From positions 4,266-68,265 of the forward strand of contig CAJARJ010000012.1 of NCBI GenBank assembly GCA_903944345.1: a stretch of DNA of 64,000 bases, read 5' to 3'. Numbering within the stretch: position 1 is the stretch's first letter; each line of letters opens with the position of its first letter. The notes below the pieces were generated by a model. It was not told where the DNA came from. It searched no databases and saw only the letters and a program-made list of their open reading frames with translations. This stretch comes from Candidatus Omnitrophota bacterium. GTDB taxonomy: Bacteria > Omnitrophota > Gorgyraeia > Zapsychrales > Fredricksoniimonadaceae. The position numbers and the translations under genes are program-made. Positions 61,961 through 64,000 of this stretch are shown here, piece by piece.

Positions 61961-63985
61961 TTATTCCACCGCCTCGCTCGACTGCTTCCAACGATCCCAC
62001 GATGAGCGCCTACCGCACTTTAGGCATTCGTGACCAGGGCCGATGTATGGCACGTCCAAAACATCCAAGAGGCGGAATACTCTCACAAGCTCAGAACTGC
62101 TATGCTGAAAGTACCGATAGCCACATTCCGGACATACCACTTCCACGTAGTTCGGATTTCGGTCGGAACCGCCCAACCGGTTGGCCGTGACGCCAGATGA
62201 CAGCAGATCCAAGTAGAGCACCTTCTCCTGACACTGAAGGGTAACTGTCATGATGGAATCCATGTAACGTATCGGCGACAACACCATGTGTTCTTTAGGC
62301 GGGGCGTAGTTCACCCTGCCGTCGGCTACCTCACTGAATGTCAGAATGCACTCTGCTTCAACAAGTTGCCCTTGCCCGTCCGTTTTGGTCACTCGAAACA
62401 CGTTGACGGCTGCAACCCCCAGCTTGCTATCCACCTCCTCTGGCTTTATTGCCAAGTTTTCGTATGCCACAGGCGAATCAGTTCTTCGGATCGATGGGTA
62501 TAAAAAGCCTGAATTGCCAGGAAAATCGAAGTAGGTGTCAATGATCTCATTGGTAAGCTTGTAATACTTCTCGTCAGTGCGCGTCAGAGTGAAAAGACCA
62601 TTGAGGAACTCATTGGTTCTCACAAGCGCACGCTTTCTCTCCTCGGTGACCGGGATGTCTGCTATTTCGGCCAGCATTTCGATGCCGATCGGCGCCACGG
62701 TGAGTGACATCCCGTCCCGAATAACGTAGGAAACCATAGTGAAAACTTCACCTATATGCATCTCGCCCACCTCAAAGATTGGTGCGATGGGATTTGTCGA
62801 CGCGTACAGCAAGGGTGCGTGCGGCCTGTTGCATCTGCCGTACGACTTGCATGACTGTGCAGGCGGATAAAAGAGATCAGCCACTTGGTGGAAGGCATCA
62901 ACCCCATGATTCTTCCTGATCCTGTAGAAACTCATCTGCCCCGGGGACACGTTAACACTGCCAGCAACTACTTCCGGCATGATCTCGACAAGAATCTCAC
63001 GGATCGTTGGCCATGGCTCCGCTCTATCAAGGCAGTCGTTGAAATCTGCGATTGCCACCTCTCTGCGCCGAACTGAAATTGGGAGTGGGAATTTCACATC
63101 CGCGCTCGCACCCGAACTGGCTAGAAGTTGTACTATTTCAGTATATCCGTTAAGAGTGGCAATCTTGAGCGCAGTAAAACCGTTATGGCAAGGCAGGTCT
63201 GGGTTTGCTCCAGCCTTCAATAGGAACGCGGCGACTTCGTACCGACCCCAGCAGCATGCGGTCATCAACGCTGTAGAACCCCTTTTATTCGTCGCATTCA
63301 GATACGCGCCGTTCTTGACGAGAAGTTCGACTACGCCGACATGCCCGAATTGAGAGGCAACGTGAAGAGCCGCGCTTTGGTTTTCTTTGGTCAGACGCCT
63401 GCCAACATCTGCACCATTACTCAGAAGAAGACGCACGACACTCTCTTGTCCGCCCTGCGATGCCATGAACAATGGGGTTGCACCGTCGTTCCGGAGTGAC
63501 AAGTCAACTTTGGCGCCGAGAGCAAGCAGGAGCTGTGCGGTCTCGAGTCTATTCTCCTGGCACGCTACGGAGAGAGGCGTTGCTGTGCCCATGTCAGGGT
63601 CTGCACCGGCTTCGACCAACATGCGGACCACTTCCGAATAGCCATTCTCGCTGGCGATATACAGCGCCGTTAGCATTGCTACACTTATCATCCGTATATT
63701 TGGGTCTACCTCCCGCTCGACGAGGTCCTTACGATATTGTGCTCCGTCTACTTCTGCCTCAATATATGAAAGACCGTTTGGATCAGCCCCGTTCCGGAGC
63801 AGGAGCGTTACGATCTCAGAGGAATTCGCCTGCGCGGCTGCATATAAGGGCAGAAATTTGCCGGAATGGGTTTCGTAGATTTCGTTGACAATCCCTGGAT
63901 TCAACGTAAGGGCAACACGCACGCCCGTGGGGTTCCCTTGGAGAATCGCTTTTATCAACGCGTCAGTGGCAAAACGTTTCATCAT
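61961..63985 (-). CDS. Ankyrin-repeat + RES-like domain + Zn-ribbon protein
   Basis: About 7 ankyrin repeats (TPLFMASQGG, AALHVASQFGH); RES-like FYRIR, GRCNRP..LLYAS, FEV, GFLYPS; CPECG...CLKCG. Confidence 0.8.
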   Translation of the reverse strand: MMKRFATDALIKAILQGNPTGVRVALTLNPGIVNEIYETHSGKFLPLYAAAQANSSEIVTLLLRNGADPNGLSYIEAEVDGAQYRKDLVEREVDPNIRMISVAMLTALYIASENGYSEVVRMLVEAGADPDMGTATPLSVACQENRLETAQLLLALGAKVDLSLRNDGATPLFMASQGGQESVVRLLLSNGADVGRRLTKENQSAALHVASQFGHVGVVELLVKNGAYLNATNKRGSTALMTACCWGRYEVAAFLLKAGANPDLPCHNGFTALKIATLNGYTEIVQLLASSGASADVKFPLPISVRRREVAIADFNDCLDRAEPWPTIREILVEIMPEVVAGSVNVSPGQMSFYRIRKNHGVDAFHQVADLFYPPAQSCKSYGRCNRPHAPLLYASTNPIAPIFEVGEMHIGEVFTMVSYVIRDGMSLTVAPIGIEMLAEIADIPVTEERKRALVRTNEFLNGLFTLTRTDEKYYKLTNEIIDTYFDFPGNSGFLYPSIRRTDSPVAYENLAIKPEEVDSKLGVAAVNVFRVTKTDGQGQLVEAECILTFSEVADGRVNYAPPKEHMVLSPIRYMDSIMTVTLQCQEKVLYLDLLSSGVTANRLGGSDRNPNYVEVVCPECGYRYFQHSSSELVRVFRLLDVLDVPYIGPGHECLKCGRRSSWDRWKQSSEAVE

Positions 63986-64000
63986 TATTGACCTTCTGTC

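Overview
Bacterial genomic window (code 11) with almost all genes on the minus strand from 1 to 59 kb. In order of position it contains: a complete group II Mo-nitrogenase operon (nifH-I1-I2-D-K-E-N-B) with a terminator/ANTAR-like leader; Zn uptake and oxidative-stress genes; an osmoprotection block (opgGH, treYZ, pseudogenised glgX); pyk-EIIA; type IV minor pilins; housekeeping and transport genes; ABC and RND efflux systems; and an accessory end region (GNAT toxin-antitoxin pair, truncated Fic gene, ankyrin-RES protein). Four things stand out. (1) Three paralogous secreted proteins share a conserved ~320-aa N-terminal scaffold and a conserved C-terminal GGI[DN][LM]...G[LF]xPxII motif, but carry unrelated enzymatic cargoes (metallophosphoesterase, kinase-like, GNAT-like) delimited by D-x-A-[MQ]-type motifs. 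This looks like a polymorphic effector system. (2) A 133-bp palindromic non-coding element occurs twice in full, plus half or degenerate copies, and sits exactly at gene and cassette boundaries. (3) Three identically spaced 45-bp promoter/activator modules define a small regulon. (4) The nif operon is intact in a genome that I tentatively place in Omnitrophota, based only on recalling this scaffold protein family; this is unverified.
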